DNA from: Prevotella sp.
GTDB taxonomy: Bacteria; Bacteroidota; Bacteroidia; Bacteroidales; Bacteroidaceae
Assembly: GCA_017550455.1 (NCBI GenBank)
Contig: JAFZPF010000112.1
Coordinates: 1-46,518 of the forward strand
Direction of reading: 5' to 3'
Length of the DNA stretch: 46,518 nt
Shown: positions 1 to 11,027 of the stretch, in pieces
Layout: each line of letters begins with the position of its first letter
Numbering within the stretch: the first letter of the stretch is position 1
Notes under the pieces: model-generated
The model's input: only the letters and a program-made list of their open reading frames with translations
The model's database searches: none
What the model was told of the DNA's origin: nothing
Program-made: the position numbers and the translations under genes

Positions 1-231
1 AGATCCTAAAAGATAGTGGGCGAGCATTTTGTCATTGCTGCTGCCATGACGTTCGTAATACTTCACCAATACCTTCCCTATGCTGTCGGAGGTAAAAGGG
101 ATATAATCCTGATTCTGTTTCTGTGCTTGCTGCAGCAAAGATCTCATTTCTTTGTGTCTGCTATTGTATGTGCAACCACAGATAGATATGAGTAATAAAG
201 TAGCTAAAAAATGTCTGACGCGTGTAAGCAT
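1..231 (-). CDS. 5' part of a TPR-type lipoprotein/sensor (runs off window)
   Basis: Own translation from ATG 231: MLTRVRHFLATLLLISICGC (lipobox-like Cys) ...QNQDYIPFTSDS...VKYYERHGSSNDKMLAHYLLG, resembling Prevotella TPR proteins; frame open to the window edge. Confidence 0.7.
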   Translation of the reverse strand, partial: MLTRVRHFLATLLLISICGCTYNSRHKEMRSLLQQAQKQNQDYIPFTSDSIGKVLVKYYERHGSSNDKMLAHYLLGS

Positions 232-389
232 AATGTCTTTTTATGATGGTTTTTAAATTGAACCTTGGTTATATAATTTGTTTTCTACTTACAAAGATAA
301 CTATTTTAAACGACAATCGCAACAGTATGTTTATTTTTTGTGTTATTTATAATAATCCTTTCCCCCTACACCTTATTATATATATAGTA

Positions 390-424
390 GCGGGGCCTGC
401 CTCCGTAATGGAAACAGGCCCCGC
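390..424. terminator. hairpin downstream of secDF
   Basis: GCGGGGCCTG...CAGGCCCCGC inverted repeat about 25 bp after the secDF stop. Confidence 0.65.
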
Positions 425-448
425 ATGATATTGTTAAGCTATGATTAA

Positions 449-3400
449 TTACTTCTTCTCAACAACAGCATCGTCCTTGATACGACGACCCATCACTAAG
501 TAAGCGACAGGAGAAGCAATGAAGATAGATGACAGTGTACCGAATACAACACCGAGGATCATAGCGAAGGCGAAACTGCGGATACTTGCACCTGCAAGGA
601 TGAAGATACACAGCAACACGATCAATGTTGACAGTGAGGTGTTGATGGTACGTGCCAATGTCTGGTTGATACTCTCGTTGAAGAGTGTCTGCTTATCCTG
701 CTTCGGATGCAGTTTCAGGTTCTCACGGATACGGTCGAACACCACCACCTTATCGTTGATAGAATAACCGATCACCGTAAGGATAGCTCCGATAAACGTC
801 TGGTCGATCTCGAGTGAGAACGGCATCCATCCCCAGCAGAGTGAGTAGATACCCAGCACGATGATCGTATCGCAAGCCAAAGCCACGATAGATCCTACTG
901 AGAAGGCCACGTTGCGGAAGCGGAACAGGATATACAAGAAGATAGCCACCAAGGCGATGAGCACACTGATGATAGCTCCATAAGTGATGTTCTTAGCGAT
1001 GGAAGGACCTACCTTCGTAGATGAGATGATTGAACCACCCTCGCGGATATCCGGATTCTTGAACGACTCTACATCAGCCTGTGATACCAGATTGGCTTTC
1101 TTCAATGCCTTGTAGAGGATGTTCTCAGCCTGGTCGTCGGTGGTAGGATCATTACTCTCGATCTTGTAGTTGGTAGAGATACGGATAGTCTTGTTGTCTG
1201 TACCTAAGGCGATAGCACTGGTGTTACTGCCTGCGAAAGCCTCAGCGATGATGCCGCGGATCTCCTCCGGCTGAACAGCCTTGTCAAAGGTCACCACGTA
1301 GTTACGTCCACCAGTGAAGTCGATAGAACGGCTCAATCCACGTACTGCGAAGCTGATGCAGAAGATCACGATAGCTGCACCTACCACGATACGAGTCTTC
1401 TTGTAGAAGCTCATGAACGGGATGTGCATGTTCTGCATAAGGTCCTTAGAGATATTGGTATAGAACTTCAGGTTGAGCCACTTGTCATGCTTGAAGCGAT
1501 TCTCGTAAACCAAACGTGTGAGGAACACGGCTGTGAAGAATGAGCAGAAGATACCGATGATCCATGTGGTAGCGAATCCCTTCACAGGACCTGTACCGAA
1601 GTAGAGCAGGATGAAACCGGTGATGATACTGGTCAAGTTAGAGTCGAAGATAGCTGAGAAAGCATTGCTGTAACCAGCCTTCAACGCCTGCTTGATATTC
1701 TTACCGCCACGCATCTCCTCCTTGATACGCTCGTAGATAAGCACGTTGGCATCTACAGCAGTACCTAAGGTAAGCACGATACCTGCAAGACCACTCATCG
1801 TCAATGCCGCCTGGAAGGACGTCAGGATTCCGAGAGTGAAGAACAAGTTGATGATCAGGGCTGCGTTAGCCATCATACCAGGGATGAAACCGTACATGAG
1901 CACCATGTAGATCATCAACAGGACAAATGCGATAACGAACGACCAGATACCCTGACGGATAGACTGAGCACCGAGGCTCAGACCTACCACCTCTTCCTGT
2001 ACGATACGTGCAGGAGCCGGCATACGTCCTGACTTCAAGGTGTTAGCCAAGTCCTTGGTATCCTCGATGGTGAAGTTACCGGTAATCTGTGAGTTACCAC
2101 CTGAAATCTCCTGATTAACACGTGGAGCAGAGTAAACAACGCCGTCGAGCACGATGGCAACAGCCTTGCCGACGTTAGCCTTTGTCAGGGCAGCCCAACG
2201 ACGTGCGCCGTCACTGTTCATCTGCATGCTGACGCTTGGACGACCGCTCAACTGCTCGAACTCATCCTTGGCATCGGTAATCACGTCACCCTCCAGCGGA
2301 GCGCGGCCGTTAGTACCGGTCACCTTCAGTGCATAGAGCTCAAACACGTTCTTGTTGGTCTCAGAAGCAGGCTTAGCACCCCAGAGAAGCTTCAGATCTG
2401 ATGGGAGAATCTGCTTGGCAGCCTCACCGTAGATACACTTGTTGATCTCAGCGGTATCACGAACATTAGCATAACCCACAACGCTCAGTGAGCCCTGAGG
2501 AGCCAACTGCAGGATAGCGAGCAACGGATGCTGCTTCTTCATCTTCTCCAACTGTGCCTCTGTGGCCTTGCTGGCAGCAGCTGTAGCAGCTGCATCCTGA
2601 CCTTCTTTCTTAATCTCGAACTTCGGCTTTGCCTCTGTGGTAGAGTCTTTCTTCACCTCAGCGGTAGCCTCTTCCTTAGCCTTCTCAACAGCTGCTGTGT
2701 CAGCAGTCTCGTCACCGGTAAGACCGGCCAGACGCTGGTCGAGCTGACTCAGATACGGAGTAACCTCCTGGCTGTTATAAGTCTCCCAGAACTCGAGGTT
2801 TGCAGAACCCTGCAACAGTTTACGAACACGCTCCGGCTCACGTACACCCGGCATCTCCACCATGATACGGCCATCCTGACCCTCCAGCTTCTGGATGTTC
2901 GGCTGAACAACACCGAACTTGTCAATACGGTTACGTACTACGTTGAATGAGTTGTCGATGGCGGCCTGTACCTCTGCACGCAAAGCTTTCTCTACCTCCT
3001 GGTCTGAACTCTGGGTAGAAACCTTACCCTTGAGCTGCTGTGTAGCGAAGATCTCTGCCAGACGATGACCCGGCGCATTTCTGTGATAAGCATTGATGAA
3101 CAACGAAATGAAATCACTCTGACTAGTCTCCTCTTCTTTCTTTGCCTCACTCATTGACTTGACATAAGCAGCATCAGTCTTATGATCTGCCAACACGTCA
3201 ACTACATCGGGAACAGAGATTTCGAGGATAACGTTCATACCGCCCTTCAGATCAAGTCCGAGACCAATCTGTGTCTCCAAACACTTCTGATAAGAGTAAA
3301 CACCCAGATACTTCACAGAATCTTTGTAATCCTGCTGAGCAATGGGGTCTGCAATCTTTGATGCCTGTTTGTCATAGTAGTTGGTAGCTACTGAGAACGA

Positions 3401-3466
3401 CAGGTAGAAGATACTTGCAAGCGTCAGAAGGACGGCTGTACAAATTACGATACCTTTGTTTTGCAT
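449..3466 (-). CDS. secDF: protein translocase subunit SecDF (fused)
   Basis: LGLDLKGG, AVDANVLIYERIKEE, IDFTGG and GYSINDKVVVFDRIRE motifs; 1005 aa. Confidence 0.98.
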   Translation of the reverse strand: MQNKGIVICTAVLLTLASIFYLSFSVATNYYDKQASKIADPIAQQDYKDSVKYLGVYSYQKCLETQIGLGLDLKGGMNVILEISVPDVVDVLADHKTDAAYVKSMSEAKKEEETSQSDFISLFINAYHRNAPGHRLAEIFATQQLKGKVSTQSSDQEVEKALRAEVQAAIDNSFNVVRNRIDKFGVVQPNIQKLEGQDGRIMVEMPGVREPERVRKLLQGSANLEFWETYNSQEVTPYLSQLDQRLAGLTGDETADTAAVEKAKEEATAEVKKDSTTEAKPKFEIKKEGQDAAATAAASKATEAQLEKMKKQHPLLAILQLAPQGSLSVVGYANVRDTAEINKCIYGEAAKQILPSDLKLLWGAKPASETNKNVFELYALKVTGTNGRAPLEGDVITDAKDEFEQLSGRPSVSMQMNSDGARRWAALTKANVGKAVAIVLDGVVYSAPRVNQEISGGNSQITGNFTIEDTKDLANTLKSGRMPAPARIVQEEVVGLSLGAQSIRQGIWSFVIAFVLLMIYMVLMYGFIPGMMANAALIINLFFTLGILTSFQAALTMSGLAGIVLTLGTAVDANVLIYERIKEEMRGGKNIKQALKAGYSNAFSAIFDSNLTSIITGFILLYFGTGPVKGFATTWIIGIFCSFFTAVFLTRLVYENRFKHDKWLNLKFYTNISKDLMQNMHIPFMSFYKKTRIVVGAAIVIFCISFAVRGLSRSIDFTGGRNYVVTFDKAVQPEEIRGIIAEAFAGSNTSAIALGTDNKTIRISTNYKIESNDPTTDDQAENILYKALKKANLVSQADVESFKNPDIREGGSIISSTKVGPSIAKNITYGAIISVLIALVAIFLYILFRFRNVAFSVGSIVALACDTIIVLGIYSLCWGWMPFSLEIDQTFIGAILTVIGYSINDKVVVFDRIRENLKLHPKQDKQTLFNESINQTLARTINTSLSTLIVLLCIFILAGASIRSFAFAMILGVVFGTLSSIFIASPVAYLVMGRRIKDDAVVEKK

Positions 3467-3577
3467 TTTTTTGTTATGTTATATAATTACTGATTTTTAT
3501 TCCTATTGTCATCGCCTATACCCTGTTGAGAATCACAGAAAAGAGCCGATTTTCGGCTTATTAGGCAAAAACGACTG

Positions 3578-3585
3578 CAAAGATA
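3578..3585 (-). promoter_or_regulatory. Bacteroidetes -7 promoter element (TATCTTTG) of secDF
   Basis: Matches the TAnnTTTG consensus about 110 bp upstream of the start. Confidence 0.6.
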
Positions 3586-3637
3586 CATATTTTTTCACTT
3601 TTGAAGAAATTTCAACGTATTTATTATGTATTTTTTT

Positions 3638-4714
3638 CTAATTATCGTGTTTTTTCAGGTGGCAAATGATGGGATAATGGTCGCTGGCATGGATTTTTGT
3701 ATCTATTTCACATTTCAACGGTTGCCAATGATGTGAGCAGAAAATATTGTCGATGCGCACATGGATACGGTTACTGTTATACGACCACCCCACCCCATGG
3801 CCGGAGGTGACAAAACAGTCGGTGAGCAGTTTGGCAAACGTCTCATGACTGTAGGATATCGGTGTCTCATTAAAGTCACCGCACAGCAATAGCGGTTGTC
3901 CTTGATGCTCATGAACATAGGCCGCCACCTTATCCACCTGGCCGGCTCTCTTGGCAGCTGATCTCCCCAAGACGGTCAACAGGTGTTTCGACTCCCGATG
4001 AAGCTCCTGGCGATTAGTCCCTCCCACCATATCACTGAAATCTTTCTTGTCTTCGATGGTAAGTCCTGATGTCTGAAAATGATTGTTGATGACGGTGATC
4101 TTTTCCCCGTCAATATCTATCGTCACAGCCATGGAGAGATTACCTTGTGAGGGATAGGGAATACGCTCTTTCTTCAGGATAGGATATTTACTGAGCACCA
4201 CCAAGCCGCCGGAACGATCGCCGGGCATGTCGGTTTTCCAAGGGTACGCATCCAAGGCGGGTATCAGATAGGGATTGCCGAGCACTACTTCTTGCAGACA
4301 GACAATATCAGCCTGACTATCAAGAATATACTGACTGGCCTTATGCACGGGCAGACCATCATCCTTCCCAATCTCAAACTCTTTCACGTTGTACGACAAT
4401 ACCTTCAGGGTTGCCTCGGCAGGAGGATCCTGGAAGAAATGCAAGGGCAGATAAGTACTTAACGGTTGGTAACACACCAGAAAACCAATGATGGGGACGA
4501 TGACCAGGCGCAGACGTACGAACGCCCAGAAGAGCAGGAACAACAAATTGATTAGCAGGAGGATGGGAAAGAACAAACCCATACACGAGAAGATAGGATG
4601 ATCGGCTGGATTGAGCTTTCCCGAGTACCCCACCAGAAACATCACAATGATCGATGCGATATTGGCACCGACCATCAGATGGATAAAGAATTTCCGGACT
4701 TTACCTACGGCCAT
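3638..4714 (-). CDS. membrane-anchored endonuclease/exonuclease/phosphatase (EEP) family protein
   Basis: N-terminal TM helices; SYNV, CLQE, CGDFN, RIDNIF and SDHYP motifs. Confidence 0.92.
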   Translation of the reverse strand: MAVGKVRKFFIHLMVGANIASIIVMFLVGYSGKLNPADHPIFSCMGLFFPILLLINLLFLLFWAFVRLRLVIVPIIGFLVCYQPLSTYLPLHFFQDPPAEATLKVLSYNVKEFEIGKDDGLPVHKASQYILDSQADIVCLQEVVLGNPYLIPALDAYPWKTDMPGDRSGGLVVLSKYPILKKERIPYPSQGNLSMAVTIDIDGEKITVINNHFQTSGLTIEDKKDFSDMVGGTNRQELHRESKHLLTVLGRSAAKRAGQVDKVAAYVHEHQGQPLLLCGDFNETPISYSHETFAKLLTDCFVTSGHGVGWSYNSNRIHVRIDNIFCSHHWQPLKCEIDTKIHASDHYPIICHLKKHDN

Positions 4715-4718
4715 GCGT

Positions 4719-5645
4719 CTATTGCTTATTGTCGAAGAGTTTCTGTTTCTCTTCCTTCGTCAGACTGTCATAGCCCGACTTTCGGATCTTATCCAGGATA
4801 CGGTCAATCTCTTCTTGATGCTCTTGCTGACGACGGTTGTAATCCCAGTCTTTCTGTCGCTCATCACCTGCAGAGGGATTACGTGTGGTGGTATCCTGCT
4901 TGTTCGAGCGGCGTTCCCAGTTATTCTTCAGATTATCAAAGAACTGTTGCCCTTTCGACCGTCCGTATCTGCCTCCTCCAGGGTGTTTCTTCCAATAGAC
5001 GATCATCAGGAAACCGAAGAGCATACCTCCTAAGTGAGCGAAATGAGCCACACTATCGTTCGTCGTTGACAATGCGGAGAACAGTTCTACGGCCACGTAG
5101 AAGATAACAAACCACTTAGCCTTGATAGGAATGGGCAGCGGGAAGATGAAGATACGCTCATTGGGAAAGATCATACCGAAAGCCAACAGGATGGCATAGA
5201 TAGCGCCCGATGCTCCTACAGTGGTCCACATATTCAGATACTCTGCGGAGTTAGCGGCCACCGTCCATAAATCCACGAAGCTGAAGCCGGCGATCTGTGT
5301 GCTGGCGAGATAATAGAAAGAACCGAACTGGGCTATCTCCTGGATGATACCTGCACCCACACCACAGGAAATGTAATAAAAAAGGAATTTCTTCGGTCCC
5401 CACACGTTTTCAACGACACATCCGAACATCCATAATGCGAACATATTGAAGAAAAGATGGGTGAAGTTGGCATGCATGAACATGTAAGTGAACAACTGAT
5501 ACAGATGGAAATCAGGCGCCATGAAGAAATGGAGACCGAGCACATCGTTCAGGTCTAAGCCAGTTCTTTGGAACACGAGATAGGCCAGAAACATCAAGGC
5601 GTTGATGATCAGAAGATTCTTTGTTATCGTGGGGATTGTACGCAT
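4719..5645 (-). CDS. rhomboid family intramembrane serine protease
   Basis: HLFFNM, GASG (catalytic Ser), AHLGG (catalytic His); C-terminal IDRILDKIRKSGYDSLT tail. Confidence 0.95.
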   Translation of the reverse strand: MRTIPTITKNLLIINALMFLAYLVFQRTGLDLNDVLGLHFFMAPDFHLYQLFTYMFMHANFTHLFFNMFALWMFGCVVENVWGPKKFLFYYISCGVGAGIIQEIAQFGSFYYLASTQIAGFSFVDLWTVAANSAEYLNMWTTVGASGAIYAILLAFGMIFPNERIFIFPLPIPIKAKWFVIFYVAVELFSALSTTNDSVAHFAHLGGMLFGFLMIVYWKKHPGGGRYGRSKGQQFFDNLKNNWERRSNKQDTTTRNPSAGDERQKDWDYNRRQQEHQEEIDRILDKIRKSGYDSLTKEEKQKLFDNKQ

Positions 5646-5789
5646 ATCTTTTTATTATACTTTATGATTTCGGCAGCAAAATTACGAAAAATATCCCTTA
5701 TCCCGCACAAAAAAGGGGTTATTACGGTTTTTTTTCATTAAAATCTTCACTTTTTTTACTTTTTTGTTTGATTTATAAAATGATTAGGT

Positions 5790-5797
5790 TATATTTG
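5790..5797 (+). promoter_or_regulatory. -7 promoter element (TATATTTG) of the HU gene
   Basis: TAnnTTTG with TTTG upstream at 5763-5770. Confidence 0.6.
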
Positions 5798-5849
5798 CGA
5801 AGAAATTTCTAAAACATTATATATTTAAACCATTAAATAATAAAAGATT

Positions 5850-6119
5850 ATGAACAAAACAGAGTTAGTTGAGAAGATTGCAGCAGGTGCTGGTCTGACA
5901 AAGGTTGATGCAAAGAAAGCCCTTGACGCTACTACAGCAGCTATTAAGGAGGCTTTGGCAGCTGGTGATAAGGTTGCTCTTATCGGTTTCGGTACATTCA
6001 GTGTTAACGAGCGTCCGGCTCGCGAGGGTATCAACCCACGTTCAAAGGAGAAGATTGCCATTCCAGCAAAGAAGGTTGCTAAATTCAAGGCAGGTGCAGA
6101 ATTGGAAAAAGCTCTGTAA
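5850..6119 (+). CDS. hup: DNA-binding protein HU
   Basis: MNKTELVEKIA...GFGTF...REGINP; 89 aa. Confidence 0.97.
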   Translation: MNKTELVEKIAAGAGLTKVDAKKALDATTAAIKEALAAGDKVALIGFGTFSVNERPAREGINPRSKEKIAIPAKKVAKFKAGAELEKAL

Positions 6120-6136
6120 TTCTGTAAACAAAATTC

Positions 6137-6168
6137 AAAAGCCCCACTCCTTCGAGCGGGGCTTTTTT
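6137..6168. terminator. bidirectional intrinsic terminator
   Basis: AAAAGCCCC-ACTCCTTCGAGC-GGGGCTTTTTT between convergent HU and kduD. Confidence 0.85.
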
Positions 6169-6242
6169 AGTATATAAGTTTTCAGAGTATCGAAATCTCG
6201 AGATATCGTAACTATAATCTCTATACTCTAAACTCTAAACCA

Positions 6243-7043
6243 TTAAGGCTGTTTGCCGATATATGCCAAGATACCGCCATCCACATAAAGGATATGACCG
6301 TTAACGGCATCAGAAGCATGGGAGGCAAGGAACACGGCAGGGCCACCGAGCTCTTCGGGCTGTAACCAACGACCGGCAGGAGTCTTAGCACAGATAAAAC
6401 TGTCGAAAGGATGACGACTGCCATCCGGCTGACGCTCACGCAGAGGAGCTGTCTGCGGGGTAGCGATATAACCCGGACCGATACCGTTACACTGGATGTT
6501 ATACTCGCCATACTCTGAACAGATATTACGGGTGAGCATCTTCAGACCACCCTTGGCTGCTGCATAGGCAGAGACAGTCTCACGACCCAACTCTGACATC
6601 ATCGAACAGATATTGATGATCTTACCCTCGCGGCGCTCCATCATCTCAGGTAATACAGCTGAAGAAACAATGAAAGGAGCTACCAGGTCAACATCGATGA
6701 CCTGCTGGAACTGCTTACGCTCCATCTCATGCATCGGGATACGCTTGATGATACCGGCATTGTTAACCAGGATATCAATCTGTCCTACTTCAGCATGAAT
6801 CTTCTCCACAGTAGCCTTCACGGCATTCTCATCAGTAACGTCACATACATAACCCTTTACATTCTCAATACCGGCTTCCTTATAGTTAGCCAAGCCACGC
6901 TCCAACGCAGCCTCGTTGATATCATTGAAAATGATGTTCTTGATACCTGCTCCTACAAAAGCCTTTGCAATGTTAAAACCAATACCATAGGATGCGCCTG
7001 TTATCCACGCATTCTTTCCCTCTAATGAAAACGGATTTGCCAT
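6243..7043 (-). CDS. kduD: SDR oxidoreductase, KduD / gluconate 5-dehydrogenase-like
   Basis: TGASYGIG, NNAG and YAAAK motifs; directly downstream of kduI. Confidence 0.88.
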   Translation of the reverse strand: MANPFSLEGKNAWITGASYGIGFNIAKAFVGAGIKNIIFNDINEAALERGLANYKEAGIENVKGYVCDVTDENAVKATVEKIHAEVGQIDILVNNAGIIKRIPMHEMERKQFQQVIDVDLVAPFIVSSAVLPEMMERREGKIINICSMMSELGRETVSAYAAAKGGLKMLTRNICSEYGEYNIQCNGIGPGYIATPQTAPLRERQPDGSRHPFDSFICAKTPAGRWLQPEELGGPAVFLASHASDAVNGHILYVDGGILAYIGKQP

Positions 7044-7093
7044 AATTGTTATTAATTAAATCACATAATATACGTTTGAAAAGACAAAAATAC

Positions 7094-7936
7094 TTACCGG
7101 ATGTCGGTAATCTTTGAGAAATCCTGATCGCCATAGTCGAGATTCTCACCACCCATACCCCAGATAAAGGTATAGTTGTGTGTAGCTGCAGCACTGTGGA
7201 TACTCCACTCAGGAGAAAGCACAGCCTGATCGCCCTTCATCCAGATATGACGGGTCTCGTCGATCTCACCCATAAAGTGGCATACAGCCTGATCTTCAGG
7301 AACCTCGAAATAGAAGTATGCCTCCATACGACGGCTGTGTACGTGTGCCGGCATTGTGTTCCATACACTACCGGTAGCCAACTCGGTCATACCCATCTGC
7401 AACTGGCAGGTAGGCAGTACTTGGTTGACGATCATCTTGTTGATATTACGCTCGTTGCTCATTTCGAGAGAACCCATGTGAGCTACAACAGCATTCTCCT
7501 TCGTCACTTTCTTGCAAGGATATTCCTTATGAGCAGTGGTAGAGTTGAAATAAAACTTAGCGGGCTTTGCTGCATCCTTACTGCAGAAGATCACATCACG
7601 GTCACCACAACCGATATACAGTGCCTCTTTGTAATCCAACTCAAACTCTTCCTCGCCTACCTTTACCTTGCCGGCTCCTCCTACGTTGAAGATACCAACC
7701 TCACGACGGGTGGTGAAGAAAGGAGCTTTCAGAGGATCGATAGCCTCAAGCTTCAAACACTCATTGACAGGCATAGCGCCACCTACCACCATACGGTCGT
7801 ACATACTGTAAACCATATTCACTTCATCAGCTGCAAAAACTTTCTCAATCAAGAAGTCACGACGGATTCTTTTTGTGTCATAACATTTTGCGTCCTCAGG
7901 ATGTGCCGCATAGCGTACTTCATAATTTGTCTTCAT
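7094..7936 (-). CDS. kduI: 5-dehydro-4-deoxy-D-glucuronate isomerase
   Basis: WNTMPAHVHSRRMEAYFYF, WSIH and MGGEN motifs; start moved to ATG 7936 (280 aa) because the longer start overlaps the -7 box near 7973-7980. Confidence 0.95.
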   Translation of the reverse strand: MKTNYEVRYAAHPEDAKCYDTKRIRRDFLIEKVFAADEVNMVYSMYDRMVVGGAMPVNECLKLEAIDPLKAPFFTTRREVGIFNVGGAGKVKVGEEEFELDYKEALYIGCGDRDVIFCSKDAAKPAKFYFNSTTAHKEYPCKKVTKENAVVAHMGSLEMSNERNINKMIVNQVLPTCQLQMGMTELATGSVWNTMPAHVHSRRMEAYFYFEVPEDQAVCHFMGEIDETRHIWMKGDQAVLSPEWSIHSAAATHNYTFIWGMGGENLDYGDQDFSKITDIR

Positions 7937-8228
7937 AATCTTACTAATCTTTAATTGTTTGTTTTCTTTGGGCAAAGATACAATTTAATTCTCACATTCA
8001 TTCATTTTTTCCATAATTAATTGTATCTATTGACGAAATAACAACATCATTATGACATTTAGACCCATACACCTGTTGACGTTTATGGGATATCTCCACA
8101 GGAAGTTGAGCTAATTTAATAATTGAAAGATTTATTACGATAATGAAGTAGAAAGATTGTTAAGAGTAAAAAAGTAATTTGCAATTCTCTTTTTTGATAG
8201 ATATTTTTGCGATGTATAAAAGAAAACC

Positions 8229-8750
8229 ATGCGGATACTCTTTTTGTTCATAAGTATGATCTGTGGCTGCACGCTCTATGCCCAGGATGTGGATACGCTC
8301 ACCATCAAGGCGCGCGAGTCGGGAAGGCATATTGTCGTCATCACAGATATCGAGTCACGCCGCCCTTTGCAGCATGCTTCTGTCAAAGTAAAGGGAGAGA
8401 AACAGGTAGAGGTAGGATGGACCGGAAGGTTTGAAGTAAAGAAAGAGGAATTCGATTCGCTCATCGTGTTATGTCCAAACTACCTTACCCGTCATCTGTC
8501 ACGTGAGGAAGTGATGAGTACCGATACCATCAGTCTGATACCCACAGGAATGATGCTCTCGGAGGTGGTAGTATTAGGGAAAGCCAATAGGATGCATGGC
8601 TTGGAAGAGGCTCATCTGAAAGAGATCTTCAAGGCTTATACACCACCAGGCGGCGTCATGTCGTTCGATTTTGCCAATCTCATCGACCGTCGGAAACGAC
8701 ACGACAAGAAAATGCTGAAACGGTCGCAGAAGATATTGGAGAATTATTAG
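8229..8750 (+). CDS. secreted hypothetical protein, carboxypeptidase-regulatory-like domain
   Basis: Signal peptide; ITDIESRRPLQHASV and LSEVVVLG motifs; -7 box TATTTTTG just upstream. Confidence 0.65.
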   Translation: MRILFLFISMICGCTLYAQDVDTLTIKARESGRHIVVITDIESRRPLQHASVKVKGEKQVEVGWTGRFEVKKEEFDSLIVLCPNYLTRHLSREEVMSTDTISLIPTGMMLSEVVVLGKANRMHGLEEAHLKEIFKAYTPPGGVMSFDFANLIDRRKRHDKKMLKRSQKILENY

Positions 8751-8836
8751 TTGAGTTTGTGAGATTGTGTGTTTATAAGTTGGTGTGTTTGTAAGTACAA
8801 CTCGTTTACTCGTCAACTTGTTACTTGTACACTAAC

Positions 8837-8866
8837 AAAAAAGAGCACTCGTGAGAGTACTCTTTT
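8837..8866. terminator. bidirectional terminator between the 8229 gene and tRNA-Gln
   Basis: AAAAAAGAGCACTC-GTGA-GAGTACTCTTTT. Confidence 0.7.
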
Positions 8867-8891
8867 CATGCAACATCCGAGGATCTTGCTG

Positions 8892-8962
8892 TTGTCCTTA
8901 GCGGATTCGAACCACTACAAACAGAACCAAAACCTGTTGTGCTACCATTACACCAAAGGACA
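8892..8962 (-). tRNA. tRNA-Gln (TTG)
   Basis: Reverse complement TGTCCTTTGGTGTAATGGTAGCACAACAGGTTTTGGTTCTGTTTGTAGTGGTTCGAATCCGCTAAGGACAA folds as a cloverleaf with anticodon loop TTTTGGT and T-loop TTCGAAT; CCA not encoded. Confidence 0.96.
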
Positions 8963-9027
8963 ATCGTGATATTCGGCTGCAAAGGTAGTGCTTTTTTTAT
9001 CCACTACCAAATATTTTCGCAAAATTC

Positions 9028-10329
9028 TTATTTTACCGTCAAGAGGAAGTAGTTCTTCTTTCCTTTCTGAACGAGCAGATATTTGCCGTCGATGAGATCA
9101 TCTTCCGTGATAGGACGCTCGAAGGAATTCAGTTTCTCCTTATTCAAAGAGACACCGCCACCCTGAACCATCTTACGCATCTCTCCCTTACTGGAGAAGA
9201 TAGGAGCCGACTGTGTGAAGACCTCTACAGCAGGGAATCCGAGCACATCCTTTTCAATGTCATAGTGAGGAACACCGTCGAAGACATCCAGGAAGGTAGC
9301 CTCATCGAGTTTCTCCAGTCCCTCTTTCGTTGACTTACCGAAGAGAATGCTGCTGGCCTCGATAGCTGCCTCGAGTGCCTCCTTAGAGTGAACCATCTCT
9401 GTAACCTCCTCAGCGAGACGACGCTGTAACACACGGCGACCGGGATCCTGCTGATGCTCTGCCACTAATGCATCTATCGTCTCCTTATCCAAAGAGGTGA
9501 AGATCTTGATATAACGCTCAGCATCCTCATCGCTGGTATTCAACCAGAACTGGTAGAATTTGTAAGGAGTGGTACGGTTAGGATCCAGCCAGATATTTCC
9601 GCTCTCTGTCTTGCCGAACTTCTTACCGTCAGACTTGGTGATCAGTGGACAAGTGAGGGCGAAAGCTGGTTCTGCATCAGCACCTAAAGTACGGCGGATC
9701 AGCTCGGTACCTGTTGTCATATTACCCCACTGGTCGTTACCACCCAACTGCAAACGAACGCCGTTATGCTGATAGAGATAGAGGAAATCATAACCTTGCA
9801 GCAACTGATAGGTAAACTCTGTAAAAGAAAGTCCGTCACGGGCTGTACCATTCAGACGTTGCTGAACACTCTCCTTTGCCATCATGTAGTTGACAGTGAT
9901 GTGCTTACCTACCTCGCGGGCGAAATCCAGAAAGGTGAAGTTACGCATCCAGTCATAGTTGTTCACCATCTCTGCCTTATTCGGTTCTTCACTGTCAAAA
10001 TCCAGGAATTTTGCCACCTGCTTCTTGATACACTCCTGATTATGACGGATCGTAGTGTCATCAAGGAGGTTACGCTCCTGGCTCTTTCCTGAAGGATCAC
10101 CGATCATAGCTGTTGCTCCACCCACCAGGATGATGGGTTTATGTCCGCATCGCTGCAGATGACGGAGCATCATGATTCCACAAAGATGTCCGATATGCAG
10201 TGAGTCGGCTGTTGGGTCTGTACCCAGGTAAGCAGATACAAGATGTTCATTCAGATACTCTTCTGTTCCCGGCATGATCTGAGCCAGCATCCCTCTCCAC
10301 TTTAGTTCTTCAACAAAATTCTTTATCAT
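9028..10329 (-). CDS. tyrS: tyrosine--tRNA ligase
   Basis: [24 protein letters not shown] and C-terminal S4-like domain. Confidence 0.98.
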   Translation of the reverse strand: MIKNFVEELKWRGMLAQIMPGTEEYLNEHLVSAYLGTDPTADSLHIGHLCGIMMLRHLQRCGHKPIILVGGATAMIGDPSGKSQERNLLDDTTIRHNQECIKKQVAKFLDFDSEEPNKAEMVNNYDWMRNFTFLDFAREVGKHITVNYMMAKESVQQRLNGTARDGLSFTEFTYQLLQGYDFLYLYQHNGVRLQLGGNDQWGNMTTGTELIRRTLGADAEPAFALTCPLITKSDGKKFGKTESGNIWLDPNRTTPYKFYQFWLNTSDEDAERYIKIFTSLDKETIDALVAEHQQDPGRRVLQRRLAEEVTEMVHSKEALEAAIEASSILFGKSTKEGLEKLDEATFLDVFDGVPHYDIEKDVLGFPAVEVFTQSAPIFSSKGEMRKMVQGGGVSLNKEKLNSFERPITEDDLIDGKYLLVQKGKKNYFLLTVK

Positions 10330-10383
10330 CGATTGATGTATAATGAGTTAATTAATATTTTTGGTTACCTAAATATCTTTTCT

Positions 10384-10635
10384 TTACGGAACAGGATCAT
10401 AGCCTGATCCTCCCCAAGGGTTACATCGTAAGATCCTCCATATCGCCAACCCTAATCCTTTTATCGGTCCGTGTTTCTTCAGTGCTTGTCGGGCATACTC
10501 CGAACAAGTTGGCGTAAACCGACATGATGGCGGGGTATATGGAGAGATAAACTTCTGGTATAGCCAGATAGGTATCAGTAAAACAGCTACCAAAAGCCAT
10601 GAGATGCCACGTATGATCTTCTTCAGGATGTTCAT
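10384..10635 (-). CDS. yidD: membrane protein insertion efficiency factor
   Basis: [10 protein letters not shown]...[14 protein letters not shown]. Confidence 0.96.
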   Translation of the reverse strand: MNILKKIIRGISWLLVAVLLIPIWLYQKFISPYTPPSCRFTPTCSEYARQALKKHGPIKGLGLAIWRILRCNPWGGSGYDPVP

Positions 10636-11024
10636 AGCCGTTCGCTTACTCGCAACAATAGGTTTCTGACTATCTTTTCCACTTCTGCACTCTCATGCAA
10701 CTGATCATCCATCCAGATGAAGGCGAGAACCAGTGTTTTACCTTCCCTCTCCGGCAGTATCTGTTTATGATGACGATAAGCCTCCCGTATCTGTCGTTTC
10801 ACCCGATTACGGTTGACAGCCCTCTTAAAAAAACGTTTTGGCACACTGACCAAGATCTGTGCACCTACCCCATTGTAAGACGCCCGCTCAGTCTCCATAT
10901 ACACCAGTCGTATGGGGAAAGAGGTGAGTGAACGATGGTTCGTCCCACCAAAGAGCTGGTCGATTGTTCGTTTGCTCGACACCCGCTCCTTCTTGTTTAG
11001 TCCCTGAGCATCGGCAATCATCAT
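10632..11024 (-). CDS. rnpA: ribonuclease P protein component
   Basis: [18 protein letters not shown] (RNR motif); adjacent to yidD. Confidence 0.95.
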   Translation of the reverse strand: MMIADAQGLNKKERVSSKRTIDQLFGGTNHRSLTSFPIRLVYMETERASYNGVGAQILVSVPKRFFKRAVNRNRVKRQIREAYRHHKQILPEREGKTLVLAFIWMDDQLHESAEVEKIVRNLLLRVSERL

Positions 11025-11027
11025 CGT

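Noticed and set aside
5825-6088. Antisense ORFs over HU and other highly expressed genes (e.g. 7178-7954, 13295-14017, 37636-38442)
   Set aside because: Shadow frames caused by codon bias of the real genes on the opposite strand.
8750-8962. tRNA-Gln as an island integration site
   Set aside because: No duplicated tRNA 3' end and no integrase nearby.
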